DNA from: Methanomethylovorans hollandica DSM 15978
GTDB taxonomy: Archaea > Halobacteriota > Methanosarcinia > Methanosarcinales > Methanosarcinaceae
NCBI RefSeq assembly: GCF_000328665.1
Contig: NC_019977.1
Coordinates: forward strand, 930,001 to 994,000
Length of the DNA: 64,000 bases
Direction: 5' to 3'
The stretch's first letter is position 1; each line of letters begins with the position of its first letter. Below, piece by piece: positions 41,990 to 52,680 of this stretch. The notes beneath the pieces are model-generated. The model was not told the origin of the DNA. It searched no databases and was given only the letters and a program-made list of their open reading frames with translations. The position numbers were made by a program, and so were the translations under genes.

Positions 41990-43051
41990 ATGAGTGAAGT
42001 ATTTTTTAGATCTGCTGCAGATGTAGGACCGACAAATACACAGATAGATCAGATAAAAGAACTTTTTCGGAAAATACCCGTAGTGGAAAAAGGTGATCTT
42101 GTGGCCATCAAAATCCATCCCGGGGAATACGGCAATACCACATATGTGCGCCCGGTCTTAATCCGTACTATCGCAGACCTTGTTAAAGAAGCCGGTGGAA
42201 TACCGTTCATAACCGATACTACTGTCCTTTACGGCGGGAAACGCTTCAACGGCCCTGACATGCTCTGGACAGCAGCCGTGAATGGTTTTACGTTCGGTAG
42301 TATGAATGCACCGTTCATTTCTGCAGATGGTCTGCTTGGGGACGACAGTGTGAAGGTGCCCATAGGAGGGGAATATATAGGCGAGATCACAGTAGCCTCT
42401 GCCATTGCCAAGGCTGATGCGATGATCATGATCTCACATTGCAAAGGCCATCCGGCATCAGGTTTCGGTGGTGCTGTGAAGAACCTGGGCATGGGATGTC
42501 TAGATAAGGAAGGCAAAGCAAAAGTGCATTCTCCCGGAATGCCGGACATTGATACGGAAACTTGTATAGGATGTGGAAAATGTGTCAGAGCATGTCCCTG
42601 GAATGCTATATACCTGGAAAACGGCAAAGCATTTGTCGATAAGAGCATGTGTATGGGCGAGCTATCTTGTCTTGGGTCATGCAGTTTTGACTCTATAATG
42701 CCGCATGAGGGCTATACCATTGAACTGCAGGCTCGCTTAGGGGAAGCTGCCCTTGGACCGGTCAAGCTCCTGCCCGAAAAGATAGGATATATCAACTGGG
42801 TATTTGATCTGACTCCAGGATGCGATTGTTTCAATTTCTCTGCTCCTGCTTTTGCAGGAAATGTGGGCATTCTTGCCTCAATGGATCCTGTTGCCATTGA
42901 CAAGGCTAGCCTTGACCTGGTCAATAAAAAAATTAATGAAGAGGGTTGCATGCACTCTATTGAGGATGTATGGGGTATTGATCCAATGATACATCTGGAG
43001 CGCGCTGCAAAGATAGGTGTTGGCAGCCTGGAATATTCCTTGGATATTTGA
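41990..43051 (+). CDS. DUF362 Fe-S protein with ferredoxin insert
   Basis: VAIKIHPGE, PFITDTTVLY, SHCKGH..GFGGAVKNLGMG, PGCDC, SMDPVAIDKAS; AAGGAG RBS. Confidence 0.9.
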   Translation: MSEVFFRSAADVGPTNTQIDQIKELFRKIPVVEKGDLVAIKIHPGEYGNTTYVRPVLIRTIADLVKEAGGIPFITDTTVLYGGKRFNGPDMLWTAAVNGFTFGSMNAPFISADGLLGDDSVKVPIGGEYIGEITVASAIAKADAMIMISHCKGHPASGFGGAVKNLGMGCLDKEGKAKVHSPGMPDIDTETCIGCGKCVRACPWNAIYLENGKAFVDKSMCMGELSCLGSCSFDSIMPHEGYTIELQARLGEAALGPVKLLPEKIGYINWVFDLTPGCDCFNFSAPAFAGNVGILASMDPVAIDKASLDLVNKKINEEGCMHSIEDVWGIDPMIHLERAAKIGVGSLEYSLDI

Positions 43052-43254
43052 AATCCAGTCTATTATTTTGTGGAGGGTTTGTTATTTATATGACTTTCCA
43101 CTATTTTTATTATGGGCGTTAGCAATTTAGTGAGGGTGCATATGGTTATGTCCATTTTGTAAATGGATAATCTATTTCCCATTACAAATTTGTTCATTTA
43201 GTGGAACGGTTACCTTCCGGTTGCAACAGCTGCAAAAAATAAGGGGTATTATAT

Positions 43255-44730
43255 ATGAAAGAACTATATGATAAAATGGCAACTGAAGCCATGAGTGCAC
43301 AAAGAGCTGTAGTGGACACTATTAATGCAAAGAGGGGTACTACATTCAAGGTAAAGGATGCACAACCTTATGTCGATGCTGTGAACAAAATGAAACCCAT
43401 GGGCGAACAAGCCAAGTCAGTTTTTGCCCTGCATATGGATTCGGTTAACACACATTTCAACGTGCTTACCGGGCTTACTGACACTGTCAGGCCAGAAGAT
43501 GATCCTTTTGTCGAACATTACCAGACACCGCCTATAATGGAGATCCTGTATGAGGAAGATCCTGCTTTTAGAAAATCCGTTGAAAAGTTTGTGGATGAGA
43601 TCGGCAGGTCTGAAGCCCTCATTGGAAAAGAGTCAGTGCGCAGGTATGGAGGGTTCTATGGACCCACTTGTGTGGTAGACTTTGCATTTGTACCTGGAAG
43701 TACCAGTAATGTTGTCAATAGGATCCTGCAGAAAATGGATATACCACAGGATCACAAAAGAGCTATCCTTTCGTCCAAATCGTGGGGTATGAACACTTCT
43801 TATGGGGTGGGAGCAAAGTTCCAGATGGCCATCGAGGAAGGCAAGACGTTATCCGAAGCTATGAAAGAAGAAATAGACATGCTGAAGATGGTCTATGATA
43901 CACCCACGGATGCCCAGGCCAAGCTCATGGACGAAGCCGGTCATACGTCCTTTGACGTGCGTAAATATATGTCACAGTATAAGGACAAGATGAGAAAGAC
44001 GGTAAAGGCTGCAATGGATGATGAAGTGTTCTATGGTAACATAGTCACGGTCCCTGCCTATGGAGTAGGTGATGTGGCGCATCACATATCTCAGTCCATG
44101 TTTAACATGACCAAGGATGATGTGGTGATGGCTGTGATCAATGCTGTTACTGAAGTAATGGAAGCTACAATGGAGAAAGCCAAAGGCAAATTCAGGAACG
44201 AATATTCTCCGCTCACCATTGCCACGGACGCAGCAGCTGCAGCAGCTACAAAGATCCTATGGATGGATGGGTTCACCACCATGATGGTGCTGGACCTGCT
44301 GGTGAAGAGATTCCATAATCTAGTACTCACCAATCCCAAAAGAGGTGCTGCGGCAGAATTGCATAACGTTGACTTCATCGACCTGATAGAGAAAGGAGAA
44401 AGGATCATAGATCACAAACCAAGAGGTGCTGGTTGTGTAATTCAGGGAATACCTATTGACCTGAGCCCCATAGAAAGAAACACAGTACTCAATAATCCAC
44501 AATGGTACACTTATCCGGCATGTGCTATCACTGTGAGGTTCTCTGCCCTGATGAGACTAGCTGATTTCCCGTGTCTGCTTACCAGTGAACCAGTGACAGC
44601 AACCATGATGACTAACATAATATCTCTCCACAAGAAAGAGCCTCATTCCCCTGCAAGGGTATGTAAGTTCTGCGCAGCCAACTACTTCGATTATAAATGC
44701 AAAGACTGCAACTGGACGGAGGCCGTCTGA
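43255..44730 (+). CDS. DUF2193-like methanogen protein with C-terminal Cys cluster
   Basis: PEDDPFVEHYQ, GFYGPTCVVDFA, YPACAITVRF, CKFC..CKDC. Confidence 0.75.
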   Translation: MKELYDKMATEAMSAQRAVVDTINAKRGTTFKVKDAQPYVDAVNKMKPMGEQAKSVFALHMDSVNTHFNVLTGLTDTVRPEDDPFVEHYQTPPIMEILYEEDPAFRKSVEKFVDEIGRSEALIGKESVRRYGGFYGPTCVVDFAFVPGSTSNVVNRILQKMDIPQDHKRAILSSKSWGMNTSYGVGAKFQMAIEEGKTLSEAMKEEIDMLKMVYDTPTDAQAKLMDEAGHTSFDVRKYMSQYKDKMRKTVKAAMDDEVFYGNIVTVPAYGVGDVAHHISQSMFNMTKDDVVMAVINAVTEVMEATMEKAKGKFRNEYSPLTIATDAAAAAATKILWMDGFTTMMVLDLLVKRFHNLVLTNPKRGAAAELHNVDFIDLIEKGERIIDHKPRGAGCVIQGIPIDLSPIERNTVLNNPQWYTYPACAITVRFSALMRLADFPCLLTSEPVTATMMTNIISLHKKEPHSPARVCKFCAANYFDYKCKDCNWTEAV

Positions 44731-44733
44731 TCA

Positions 44734-44755
44734 GTGTACCCTTCAATGGGTACAC
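44734..44755. other. Intergenic hairpin between DUF2193 and aquaporin
   Basis: gtgtaccc-ttcaat-gggtacac followed by ccttttt. Confidence 0.55.
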
Positions 44756-44775
44756 CCTTTTAAGAGGCTGATCAA

Positions 44776-45522
44776 ATGGCAGAAATAAGTCTTTTTAAAC
44801 GGTCCATAGCCGAACTAATAGGAACCTATGTTCTGGTTTTTCTTGGAACTGGTTCCGTAGTTACTACTGTGCTGCTTTTCCAGGGGTGGACGCCATATCC
44901 GGATAACAATTTCAATGTAGGGATAGACATCGCTGCCTGGCTGACAATAGGTATGGCCTTTGCGATAGCTATAATAGCCATGATCTATGCTTTTGGACAT
45001 ATCTCAGGTACGCATATAAATCCCGCTGTAAGCATAGCACTGTGGGCAACAAAACGCTTCCCTGCATCAGATATGGTCAGCTATATTGTAGCCCAACTCA
45101 TAGGCGCCAGCCTGGCTTCCTTTACGATAGTCGCAATCCTGGGTCAGAGAGCGGTTGGAACTGGTCTGGGTGCAACTGCCATGTTCTCAGGAGTAAATTA
45201 TGGACAGGCTATACTTTGTGAAACAATAGCCACATTCTTCCTGATGCTAACGATCATGGGCACAGCTGTGGATAAAAGGGCACCTGCCGGATTTGCTGGC
45301 CTTGCCATAGGTCTTGTTGTCGCAGCTGATATAATCGTAGTGGGTAATATCACAGGTTCATCCCTTAATCCCGCACGTACTTTTGGTCCATATCTAGCAG
45401 AATTTCTTTTAGGTGGAAGTAACCTCTGGTGGCAGTTTCCCATCTATATTATAGGTCCCATAGCAGGTGCTTTATTGGCAGCTTTCCTTTATGACTATGT
45501 AGCACAGACAAAGCAAGGATAA
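44776..45522 (+). CDS. MIP-family channel (archaeal aquaporin AqpM-like)
   Basis: HISGTHINPAVS and GSSLNPARTFGP NPA boxes. Confidence 0.95.
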   Translation: MAEISLFKRSIAELIGTYVLVFLGTGSVVTTVLLFQGWTPYPDNNFNVGIDIAAWLTIGMAFAIAIIAMIYAFGHISGTHINPAVSIALWATKRFPASDMVSYIVAQLIGASLASFTIVAILGQRAVGTGLGATAMFSGVNYGQAILCETIATFFLMLTIMGTAVDKRAPAGFAGLAIGLVVAADIIVVGNITGSSLNPARTFGPYLAEFLLGGSNLWWQFPIYIIGPIAGALLAAFLYDYVAQTKQG

Positions 45523-45622
45523 CAGGAAATTTACTTTTTTTACTTTTTATTATGTGTTTTCCAGTCACCTCAGAAAAACCCCTACCGAAAATCCTATCTA
45601 ATCACAGACATTATGGAGTACA

Positions 45623-46687
45623 ATGACCACTACCATCTGCCCTAAATGTGGAAAAGGCACTAATATATCGCTCAGCGGTGTATGCAGAGATTGTTTTTTT
45701 CAGAATTTCGTTCTGGCCCAGTTACCCCAGGTGATACAAGCAAGGCTATGTGCCACCTGTGGAGCACGTTTTACTCGCGGCAGATGGGCCGATGAATATG
45801 ACATTGAAACTGCGGTCCTGAAAACCATTGAAGACAACCTTTCAATACATGAAGCTGCAGAAGATGTTGAAGTATGCATAGTTCCCCGGCAGTTAACTCC
45901 GCACATGTACAAGGCAGAAGTGGAAGTGGTTGCGGCAATACAGGGAGAAAGAATCACTGTAGTTCTATCAACCGAGATCAGAATAATTCGTGAATCATGC
46001 GAGATGTGTAGCCGGATTTCAGGAGGTTATTTCGAAGGTATACTCCAGATAAGGGCCACCGATAGATCACTTACTGATAACGAGCTTGCAACATGTCTTA
46101 GAATTGTGGATACGACCATTGACAGGATGCGTGCCAAAGGTGATCGTCTGGCATTCGTTACTGAAACTATCAGATCAAAAGAGGGGCTGGACCTCTATAT
46201 CGGGTCGATCAATTCCGGCAGACATATTTGTAAATCAATAATAGACGAACTAGGTGGCACTTTCACTGAGTCTCCTTCCCTTTTCGGGCAGAAAGATGGC
46301 AGGGACGTCTACAGAATAACTTTTTCCATGAGACTGCCGCGCTTTACACCCGGGGACATCATAAGTATCAGGAACAGGAAAATAGTGGTCAAACATATGG
46401 AGAAAAAGCTGACTGGTACTGACCTTGCGGATAGTTCACGCTTTATAGCCACCGAAGATGAAATTGCATTGGCCAAACATGTAGGAAACATCAGGGATGC
46501 GGTCAATGCTGTGCTTGTTTCTGAAGAAGAACATGAACTTATGATATTGGACCCATTCACTTTTAGGACCATAAATTTGAAGAAACCTTCAGGATTTTCA
46601 ATGCCGCAAGATGAGGAGATCTCGGTGATAAGAATCGAAGATGTATTATTCCTCTTGCCCCCCGAATGGAGAAAGAACAATAACTGA
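45623..46687 (+). CDS. nmd3: NMD3-family ribosome export/maturation protein
   Basis: Four CxxC pairs, SRISGGYFEGILQIR, GLDLYIGS. Confidence 0.88.
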   Translation: MTTTICPKCGKGTNISLSGVCRDCFFQNFVLAQLPQVIQARLCATCGARFTRGRWADEYDIETAVLKTIEDNLSIHEAAEDVEVCIVPRQLTPHMYKAEVEVVAAIQGERITVVLSTEIRIIRESCEMCSRISGGYFEGILQIRATDRSLTDNELATCLRIVDTTIDRMRAKGDRLAFVTETIRSKEGLDLYIGSINSGRHICKSIIDELGGTFTESPSLFGQKDGRDVYRITFSMRLPRFTPGDIISIRNRKIVVKHMEKKLTGTDLADSSRFIATEDEIALAKHVGNIRDAVNAVLVSEEEHELMILDPFTFRTINLKKPSGFSMPQDEEISVIRIEDVLFLLPPEWRKNNN

Positions 46688-46699
46688 AGGACTGATCTA

Positions 46700-47851
46700 T
46701 TGAATGTGCTTGTAATTGGTTTCAGTGCCCGTAATATTGTCTGCTCCGGTAGCCGGGCAGGCTATAATATGTATGCTATTGATGCATTTTGTGATCAGGA
46801 CACAATAGGTTGCTGTATTGCCACAAAGGAGCTGCCTCATGAACTTGACATCAGGAGCAAAGATGCGGCAGATATTGTTTTAGACATGGTCCGAAGCTTT
46901 GAAGTGGATTTTGATGCAATAGTCCCGGGTTCCGGGTTCGAGACAATGGACTTTAGCTCTCTGCCCTGGTTAGTATTTGCAAGTGATCCGGGAAGTATTC
47001 ATGTAGTGCAGGATAAGTTCACTCTGTCCCGCAAGCTTGCAGAACTTGGACTTCCTCACCCGCACGTTTACGGGAATGTTGATGATAAGCCGGACAAATT
47101 CCCTGTAATGATCAAGCCCCGTAAAGCAGGCGGCGGGATATTAAACAGGATAGCCTGCAACGGACAGGAACTTTTAGAGGTAGTAAAGGATATCCTCGAA
47201 ACTGAACCGTCTTTTACCCGCAATGACCTTATGATGCAGGAGTTCATCCAAGGTGAACCTGCAAGTGTATCACTTATTGCAAGTAAAGATAAAGCAGTAG
47301 CTGTTGCAGTGAATGAACAGTTGATCGGTCTTCCCTGGCTGACAAGGATTCAATTCGCCTATTGCGGCAATATCACTCCTTATGAAGGAAAATATGCAGA
47401 GGAAATGTGCAACATCTCAGAAAAGCTCATAAGCGAACTGGGACTCCTCGGATCTGTAGGTATAGACTTCATAGTAACGGAGGATGGACCAAAGATCATT
47501 GAAGTGAATCCCAGATTCCAGGGAAGTCTGGATACCGTAGAACTGGCTACCGGGATAAACCTTTTCGATGCACATATGCAAGCATTTCGGGGAAAGCTGC
47601 CCCCAAGGGGCGTAAAGGCACAAAGATCTGCCGGCAGGTGCATAATATATGCATATAAGGAGGTAAGGATGAACCCACAGGTTCTGGCCGAGATGCGTAA
47701 ACAACAAATAGTAGACATACCTCAGACTGATTACGTGGGGCTTGCAGACTGCCCTGTGACCTCTGTCCTGCACACAGGCTTGAACCGGAGCAGCGTCCTT
47801 AATTCTTTGAAAAGGGATTCTGAACGGGTCAGGAGACTAATTGAGAAATAA
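46700..47851 (+). CDS. ATP-grasp domain protein (methanogen type)
   Basis: IKPRKAGGG, QEFIQGEPASVS, GIDF, IEVNPRFQGS. Confidence 0.85.
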   Translation: MNVLVIGFSARNIVCSGSRAGYNMYAIDAFCDQDTIGCCIATKELPHELDIRSKDAADIVLDMVRSFEVDFDAIVPGSGFETMDFSSLPWLVFASDPGSIHVVQDKFTLSRKLAELGLPHPHVYGNVDDKPDKFPVMIKPRKAGGGILNRIACNGQELLEVVKDILETEPSFTRNDLMMQEFIQGEPASVSLIASKDKAVAVAVNEQLIGLPWLTRIQFAYCGNITPYEGKYAEEMCNISEKLISELGLLGSVGIDFIVTEDGPKIIEVNPRFQGSLDTVELATGINLFDAHMQAFRGKLPPRGVKAQRSAGRCIIYAYKEVRMNPQVLAEMRKQQIVDIPQTDYVGLADCPVTSVLHTGLNRSSVLNSLKRDSERVRRLIEK

Positions 47852-47945
47852 TCCATATGATCAGGTACATGAAATATTAGCATCATGTGCAAAAATTAAT
47901 ATTACAATACAGCAGATTATAGTTCTATTCTTGAGGTGAGTATTT

Positions 47946-48440
47946 TTGATAGATATGAATGATCCTGTTACTCGGGGATACCTTATTCGGCTTGTGGGTG
48001 AAGACGGGCTGGCCATGATAGAAAAGATGCCGGAGGGTGAGGTCACTGACGAACAAATAGCTCAGGCCGCAGGCATACTTCTCAATATTGTAAGGAGAAC
48101 TCTGTTTATATTGAATGAGAACAAACTTGCTATTTGCAGGAGGGAAAGGGACGCCAGTAGTGGCTGGCTCACTTATCTCTGGACCCTCGATATGTCAGAC
48201 GTAGAAAAACAGCTTATGAAGGAGAAAAAGAGGTTAATAAAGAACCTTAAAATACGCAAGGACTTTGAGGAAAGTAATGTCTTTTATATTTGTCCTGAGG
48301 GCTGTGTAAGAATGGATTTTAAACAGGCTTCAGATTCTGCATTTATGTGTCCAGACTGTGGAGAGGATATGGTACACCAGGATAATCTGCCATTTATTCA
48401 TATAATACAGGAAAGGATCAAAAACCTGGAAAGCAGATGA
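47946..48440 (+). CDS. tfe: Transcription factor E (TFE alpha)
   Basis: TDEQIA..LNIVRRTL, GWLTYLW, CPEGC..FMCPDCG zinc ribbon. Confidence 0.95.
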   Translation: MIDMNDPVTRGYLIRLVGEDGLAMIEKMPEGEVTDEQIAQAAGILLNIVRRTLFILNENKLAICRRERDASSGWLTYLWTLDMSDVEKQLMKEKKRLIKNLKIRKDFEESNVFYICPEGCVRMDFKQASDSAFMCPDCGEDMVHQDNLPFIHIIQERIKNLESR

Positions 48441-48441
48441 T

Positions 48442-48948
48442 ATGATCACTCCGGACAGGGCATTGCAAATACTCAGAGATGAGGGCTGTTCTGAGAAGGT
48501 TATTGCACATTGTATTGCTGTTTCCAGACATGCTACCGAAATTGCAGAAGTAATGGTAACATCCGGGAAACACTTGAATGTAGAGCTGGTGACAATAGGA
48601 GGTTTGCTCCATGATCTGGGGCGATGTCGCAGTCATGGTATAGACCATGCTGTGATAGGTGCGGATATTGCTATGGAACTGGGCCTTGATCCTTTGATAG
48701 TCAATATTATCAAGAAGCATATAGGAGCAGGCATTACCATAGAAGAGGCAAAAGAACTTGGTCTTCCGGAAGATGATTATGTTCCATTTACCTTCGAAGA
48801 GAAGATAGTAGCACATGCTGACAACCTTACTTCAGGTGATACAAGAATAAACATGGTCCAGCTAGTGGAAAAGATGAGGAAACGAAATTTCACTGAAAAA
48901 AGTATGGAGCGTGTCATTTCACTGGCACAAGAGATTGGTATCTATTGA
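48442..48948 (+). CDS. HD-domain protein (TIGR00295-like)
   Basis: HCIAV, LLHDLGR, HIGAG, EEKIVAHADNL. Confidence 0.88.
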   Translation: MITPDRALQILRDEGCSEKVIAHCIAVSRHATEIAEVMVTSGKHLNVELVTIGGLLHDLGRCRSHGIDHAVIGADIAMELGLDPLIVNIIKKHIGAGITIEEAKELGLPEDDYVPFTFEEKIVAHADNLTSGDTRINMVQLVEKMRKRNFTEKSMERVISLAQEIGIY

Positions 48949-49101
48949 ACTATGGTCTAATGAACAAATCTTTATTTTAGCTGATTGAAGTAATTTTAAC
49001 GGAAAGACTTATATATATTATAAATAATCAATAATGTGTCTGGGTGACAGATATTATCTTTTTGTTAAAATTTTCTCATTTTGCGACGATGAGGTATACT
49101 G

Positions 49102-49734
49102 ATGGTCGATGATAAATATTTAAAAGGTACAACTACTGTAGGTATAGTTTGTGATAAAGGCGTGGTACTCGCTACCGAAAGACGTGCAACTATGGGTCAT
49201 TTCATAGCCAGCAAGACAGCCAAAAAAATTTATCAGATCGATGATCTTGTGGGTATGACCACTGCAGGATCCGTAGGAGATGCTCAACAGATCGTACGCG
49301 TAATGAGTGTTGAATCACACCTGTACAAAATGAGGCGAAAAGAGCCTATGACCATCAAAGGCATAACTACGCTCCTGTCAAACATCCTGAGCGGACAGCG
49401 CTACTATCCTCTGATGGTGCAACTGCTTGTGGGTGGTGTGGACAAGAACGGGCCTGCAATATTCTCTCTTGATGCACTTGGCGGCACCATCGAAGAAACA
49501 AAAGCTGTAGCAACAGGTTCTGGTTCACCTATGGCTTATGGAGTGCTTGAGGACCGCTTCGTGGATGGGCTCTCCATCGAAGAAGGAGTAGAACTGGCAA
49601 TACGTGCCCTTCATAATGCAATGAAGAGAGATTCTGCTTCAGGTAATGGAATAGATGTTGTGGTTATCACAGCTGACAAATTTGATCGGCTGGAAGAAGC
49701 AACGGTTCAGCAGTACAGGGATAAATTAAACTGA
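49102..49734 (+). CDS. psmB: Proteasome beta subunit
   Basis: Propeptide then G|TTTVG, GSGS, RDSASG. Confidence 0.97.
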   Translation: MVDDKYLKGTTTVGIVCDKGVVLATERRATMGHFIASKTAKKIYQIDDLVGMTTAGSVGDAQQIVRVMSVESHLYKMRRKEPMTIKGITTLLSNILSGQRYYPLMVQLLVGGVDKNGPAIFSLDALGGTIEETKAVATGSGSPMAYGVLEDRFVDGLSIEEGVELAIRALHNAMKRDSASGNGIDVVVITADKFDRLEEATVQQYRDKLN

Positions 49735-49834
49735 TAACATTTTGTCAACTTTGTTGACGTTAATTTGACATTTGTTCTATCTTTCATAGATCAAAATTTT
49801 ATATTTTTTTATTTTTCTCAAAGGAAGGCTTTTA

Positions 49835-51745
49835 ATGGCAATAGATGAAGTATTAGCTGATCTGAAACAAAAAATAGACGAGAAATTGCCGAAAGGTACC
49901 ACTATTTCTAGCGTAGAGTTCGAGGGTCCTCAGCTTGTAATGTACACTGAGAACCCGTGGAGTTTTGCGGACAATGGCAATATAGTACGGAACCTCGCAA
50001 AAACATTAAGAACACGTATTGTTGTCCGTCCTGACCCAAAGGTTTTGGTGCCACCGGAAGAGTCTGTTAATAAAATCGTTGAGACAGTACCTGTAGATTC
50101 GGCCATAGCCAACTATCATTTCGATCCTGATGTGGGAGAAGTTATAATAGAGGCAGAAAAACCCGGGCTTGTGATCGGAAAACACGGTGAGACACTTAGA
50201 GAGATCACTAAAAAGATCGGGTGGACCCCTAAAGTCGTACGTGCCCCGCCCATATCCTCACGGACGGTAAAGAACATCCGTGAATTCATGAAAACAAACC
50301 ACAAAGAAAGGAAAGAAATACTTAAGACCGTAGGGCGTAAGATACACAGAGAATGCACTTCCAAAGATCAATGGGTCCGTGTAACTTCACTGGGTGGCTG
50401 CAAAGAAGTCGGAAGAAGCTGCTTCTTGCTTTCCACACCAGAATCATGTGTAATGATAGATTGCGGTGTTAACGTTGGTTCTGAAGAACATATGACTCCT
50501 TATCTCTATGTTCCGGAGGTTTCACCCTTTAGCAAGCTTGATGCAGTGGTCATCACCCACGCTCATCTGGATCATCAGGGTTTATTGCCACTTTTGTACA
50601 GGTACGGGTTTGAAGGACCTGTTTATTGCACACCTCCTACAAGAGACTTAATGGCCTTATTACAACTTGATTATATAGATGTAGCTTCCAAGGAAGGTGG
50701 CAGACCTCCATATTCTTCGGCTGATGTGCGTGAAGTGCTTAAGCACTCCATTGTCCTGGATTATGAAGAGGTGACCGATATTGCACCTGATATTAAGCTT
50801 ACGTTCCATAATGCAGGGCATATCCTTGGCTCAGCTATTTCTCATTTTCATATAGGCGATGGTCTGCACAATGTGGTCTTTACAGGTGATTTCAAATATG
50901 AGAAGACCAGGCTTTTTGATCCGGCCGTCAACAAGTTCCCCCGTGTGGAAAGCGTGGTCATGGAATCCACCTATGGAGGCGTGAACGCGCTCCAGCCATC
51001 CCTGCAGGATGCAGAAGGCCACATGCAACAGGTTATTAAGAATACTCTCCAGAACAAGGGAATAGTACTGATACCTGCCTTTGCAGTCGGAAGGAGCCAG
51101 GAGGTTATGATCGTTCTGGAAGATGCCATACGCAAAGGACTGATAGACAATGTGCCTGTGTATCTTGATGGTATGATATGGGAAGCCACGGCCATACATG
51201 CTACATATCCTGAATATCTTAACAACGATCTGAGAAAACTTATTTTCCAGAAAGGAGAAAATCCATTCCTTTCAGAATGCTTCAGACCTGTAGATTCCAA
51301 TGAACTCCGGCAGGAGATCATATCCAAACGTGAGCCGTGTGTGATCCTGGCCACATCAGGAATGATGAACGCAGGACCTGTGATGGAATATTTCAAAGCC
51401 TTTGCTGAAGATGAAAGGAACACGCTTGTGTTTGTAGGCTACCAGGCGGACGGTACACTGGGACGCAGGATCCAGAAAGGCTGGAAAGAGATACCTCTGA
51501 AAACCGGGAAGGGAACAGAGATGATACACATGAATATGAATGTGGAGATCATCGATGGTTTTTCAGGTCATTCTGACCGCAGGCAGCTCATGGAATATAT
51601 ACGCAAGATGAAACCCAGGCCTGAGCGTGTATTTACAGAACATGGAGATGAAAGGTCATGTATCGATCTCGCAACATCCATCCATAAAAAGAACAAGATG
51701 GAAACAAGAGCTCTCACGAACCTCGAAACCATTCGTCTTGTTTAA
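49835..51745 (+). CDS. fttA: Beta-CASP ribonuclease aCPSF1 / termination factor FttA
   Basis: KH domains, THAHLDH, AGHILGS, FSGHSD; conserved psmB linkage. Confidence 0.95.
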   Translation: MAIDEVLADLKQKIDEKLPKGTTISSVEFEGPQLVMYTENPWSFADNGNIVRNLAKTLRTRIVVRPDPKVLVPPEESVNKIVETVPVDSAIANYHFDPDVGEVIIEAEKPGLVIGKHGETLREITKKIGWTPKVVRAPPISSRTVKNIREFMKTNHKERKEILKTVGRKIHRECTSKDQWVRVTSLGGCKEVGRSCFLLSTPESCVMIDCGVNVGSEEHMTPYLYVPEVSPFSKLDAVVITHAHLDHQGLLPLLYRYGFEGPVYCTPPTRDLMALLQLDYIDVASKEGGRPPYSSADVREVLKHSIVLDYEEVTDIAPDIKLTFHNAGHILGSAISHFHIGDGLHNVVFTGDFKYEKTRLFDPAVNKFPRVESVVMESTYGGVNALQPSLQDAEGHMQQVIKNTLQNKGIVLIPAFAVGRSQEVMIVLEDAIRKGLIDNVPVYLDGMIWEATAIHATYPEYLNNDLRKLIFQKGENPFLSECFRPVDSNELRQEIISKREPCVILATSGMMNAGPVMEYFKAFAEDERNTLVFVGYQADGTLGRRIQKGWKEIPLKTGKGTEMIHMNMNVEIIDGFSGHSDRRQLMEYIRKMKPRPERVFTEHGDERSCIDLATSIHKKNKMETRALTNLETIRLV

Positions 51746-51750
51746 TAGTT

Positions 51751-52392
51751 TCATAGAAGTCTGTATAAATATGTTATCAGTTCGGCATGGTTCGTAAATA
51801 CCATGTCGGCATCTATTAACTTTTCTTCTGGAAGATAGGTAGGGACTGCCACACAGTAGATACCAGCTTTTTTTGCGGACTGTATTCCCAGGGGGGCATT
51901 CTCTATCACCATACATGCTGCCGGTTTCAGCCCAAGCTTACCGGCTGCTGTGAGGTAAGGCTCAGGATCAGGCTTTCCACGGGTAACATCTTCTCCTGAA
52001 ACTATCACCTCGAAGATACCTGGATAGAATTTGTCCATGAGGGAGTTGACTATAGTCCTGTCCGCTCCCGACGCAACAGCAAGCTTATACTTCCCTTTGA
52101 GCGCCTGCAGGCATGTCGGCATATCCTTGAAGGGTTCTGCCCTGTTGTTCTGCAAGAAATATTCTCTTTTCTTTTTGAGAAACGCTTCGTAATCCGATGA
52201 ACTGGGTTCCATGCCTGCCTTATGAAAAATGATATCCACTACACCCTTATGATTGGAGCCTTCTATTTCATATATGTCCATATTTGTTATATGAATGCCC
52301 ACTTCTCCGAATGCCTTTACCCAGGCATCGGCATGGTAGGGCATGGAATCCATAAGCACCCCATCAACATCAAAAACCAGACCTTTCAACAT
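51751..52392 (-). CDS. HAD-family phosphatase (beta-PGM-like)
   Basis: FDVDGVLMDS, KPDPEPY, IENAPLG. Confidence 0.9.
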   Translation of the reverse strand: MLKGLVFDVDGVLMDSMPYHADAWVKAFGEVGIHITNMDIYEIEGSNHKGVVDIIFHKAGMEPSSSDYEAFLKKKREYFLQNNRAEPFKDMPTCLQALKGKYKLAVASGADRTIVNSLMDKFYPGIFEVIVSGEDVTRGKPDPEPYLTAAGKLGLKPAACMVIENAPLGIQSAKKAGIYCVAVPTYLPEEKLIDADMVFTNHAELITYLYRLL

Positions 52393-52479
52393 GCATCTTC
52401 ATCTCTGGGTATCGGATAAATATTTGTGCATGGGGATGTACGTATATAAAATTCCATATGGGTTTAAATTGGGGATACT

Positions 52480-52658
52480 ATGGGTCAAAAAGTGGAAGAA
52501 CTAAGTGTCTGTCCCGATTGCGGCTATGAGCGAGGATTTCATCTTTTTTCAGGAGATTTTCTGATAACAGGGTGCAGACAGGCATAATATGACCTTCATG
52601 CGGGCAGAGCTATGATATTGGCTGGATAACTTCCAATCTAGAAGAACTGAAACAATGA
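52480..52658 (+). pseudogene. Disrupted small zinc-ribbon protein
   Basis: MGQKVEELSVCPDCGYERGFH, frameshift near T6 at 52544, then ...GII*PSCGQSYDIGW with TGA (52590) at the expected Cys of the second CxxC. Confidence 0.65.
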
Positions 52659-52680
52659 AAGGTGAAACCTGCGATATTGA

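Noticed and set aside
43203..43218. GGAA...TTCC as an NrpR operator
   Set aside because: Spacer is 8 nt, not the 6 nt of the NrpR consensus
52590..52592. TGA at a Cys position suggesting selenocysteine
   Set aside because: The gene also has a frameshift, and Methanosarcinaceae are not known to use Sec
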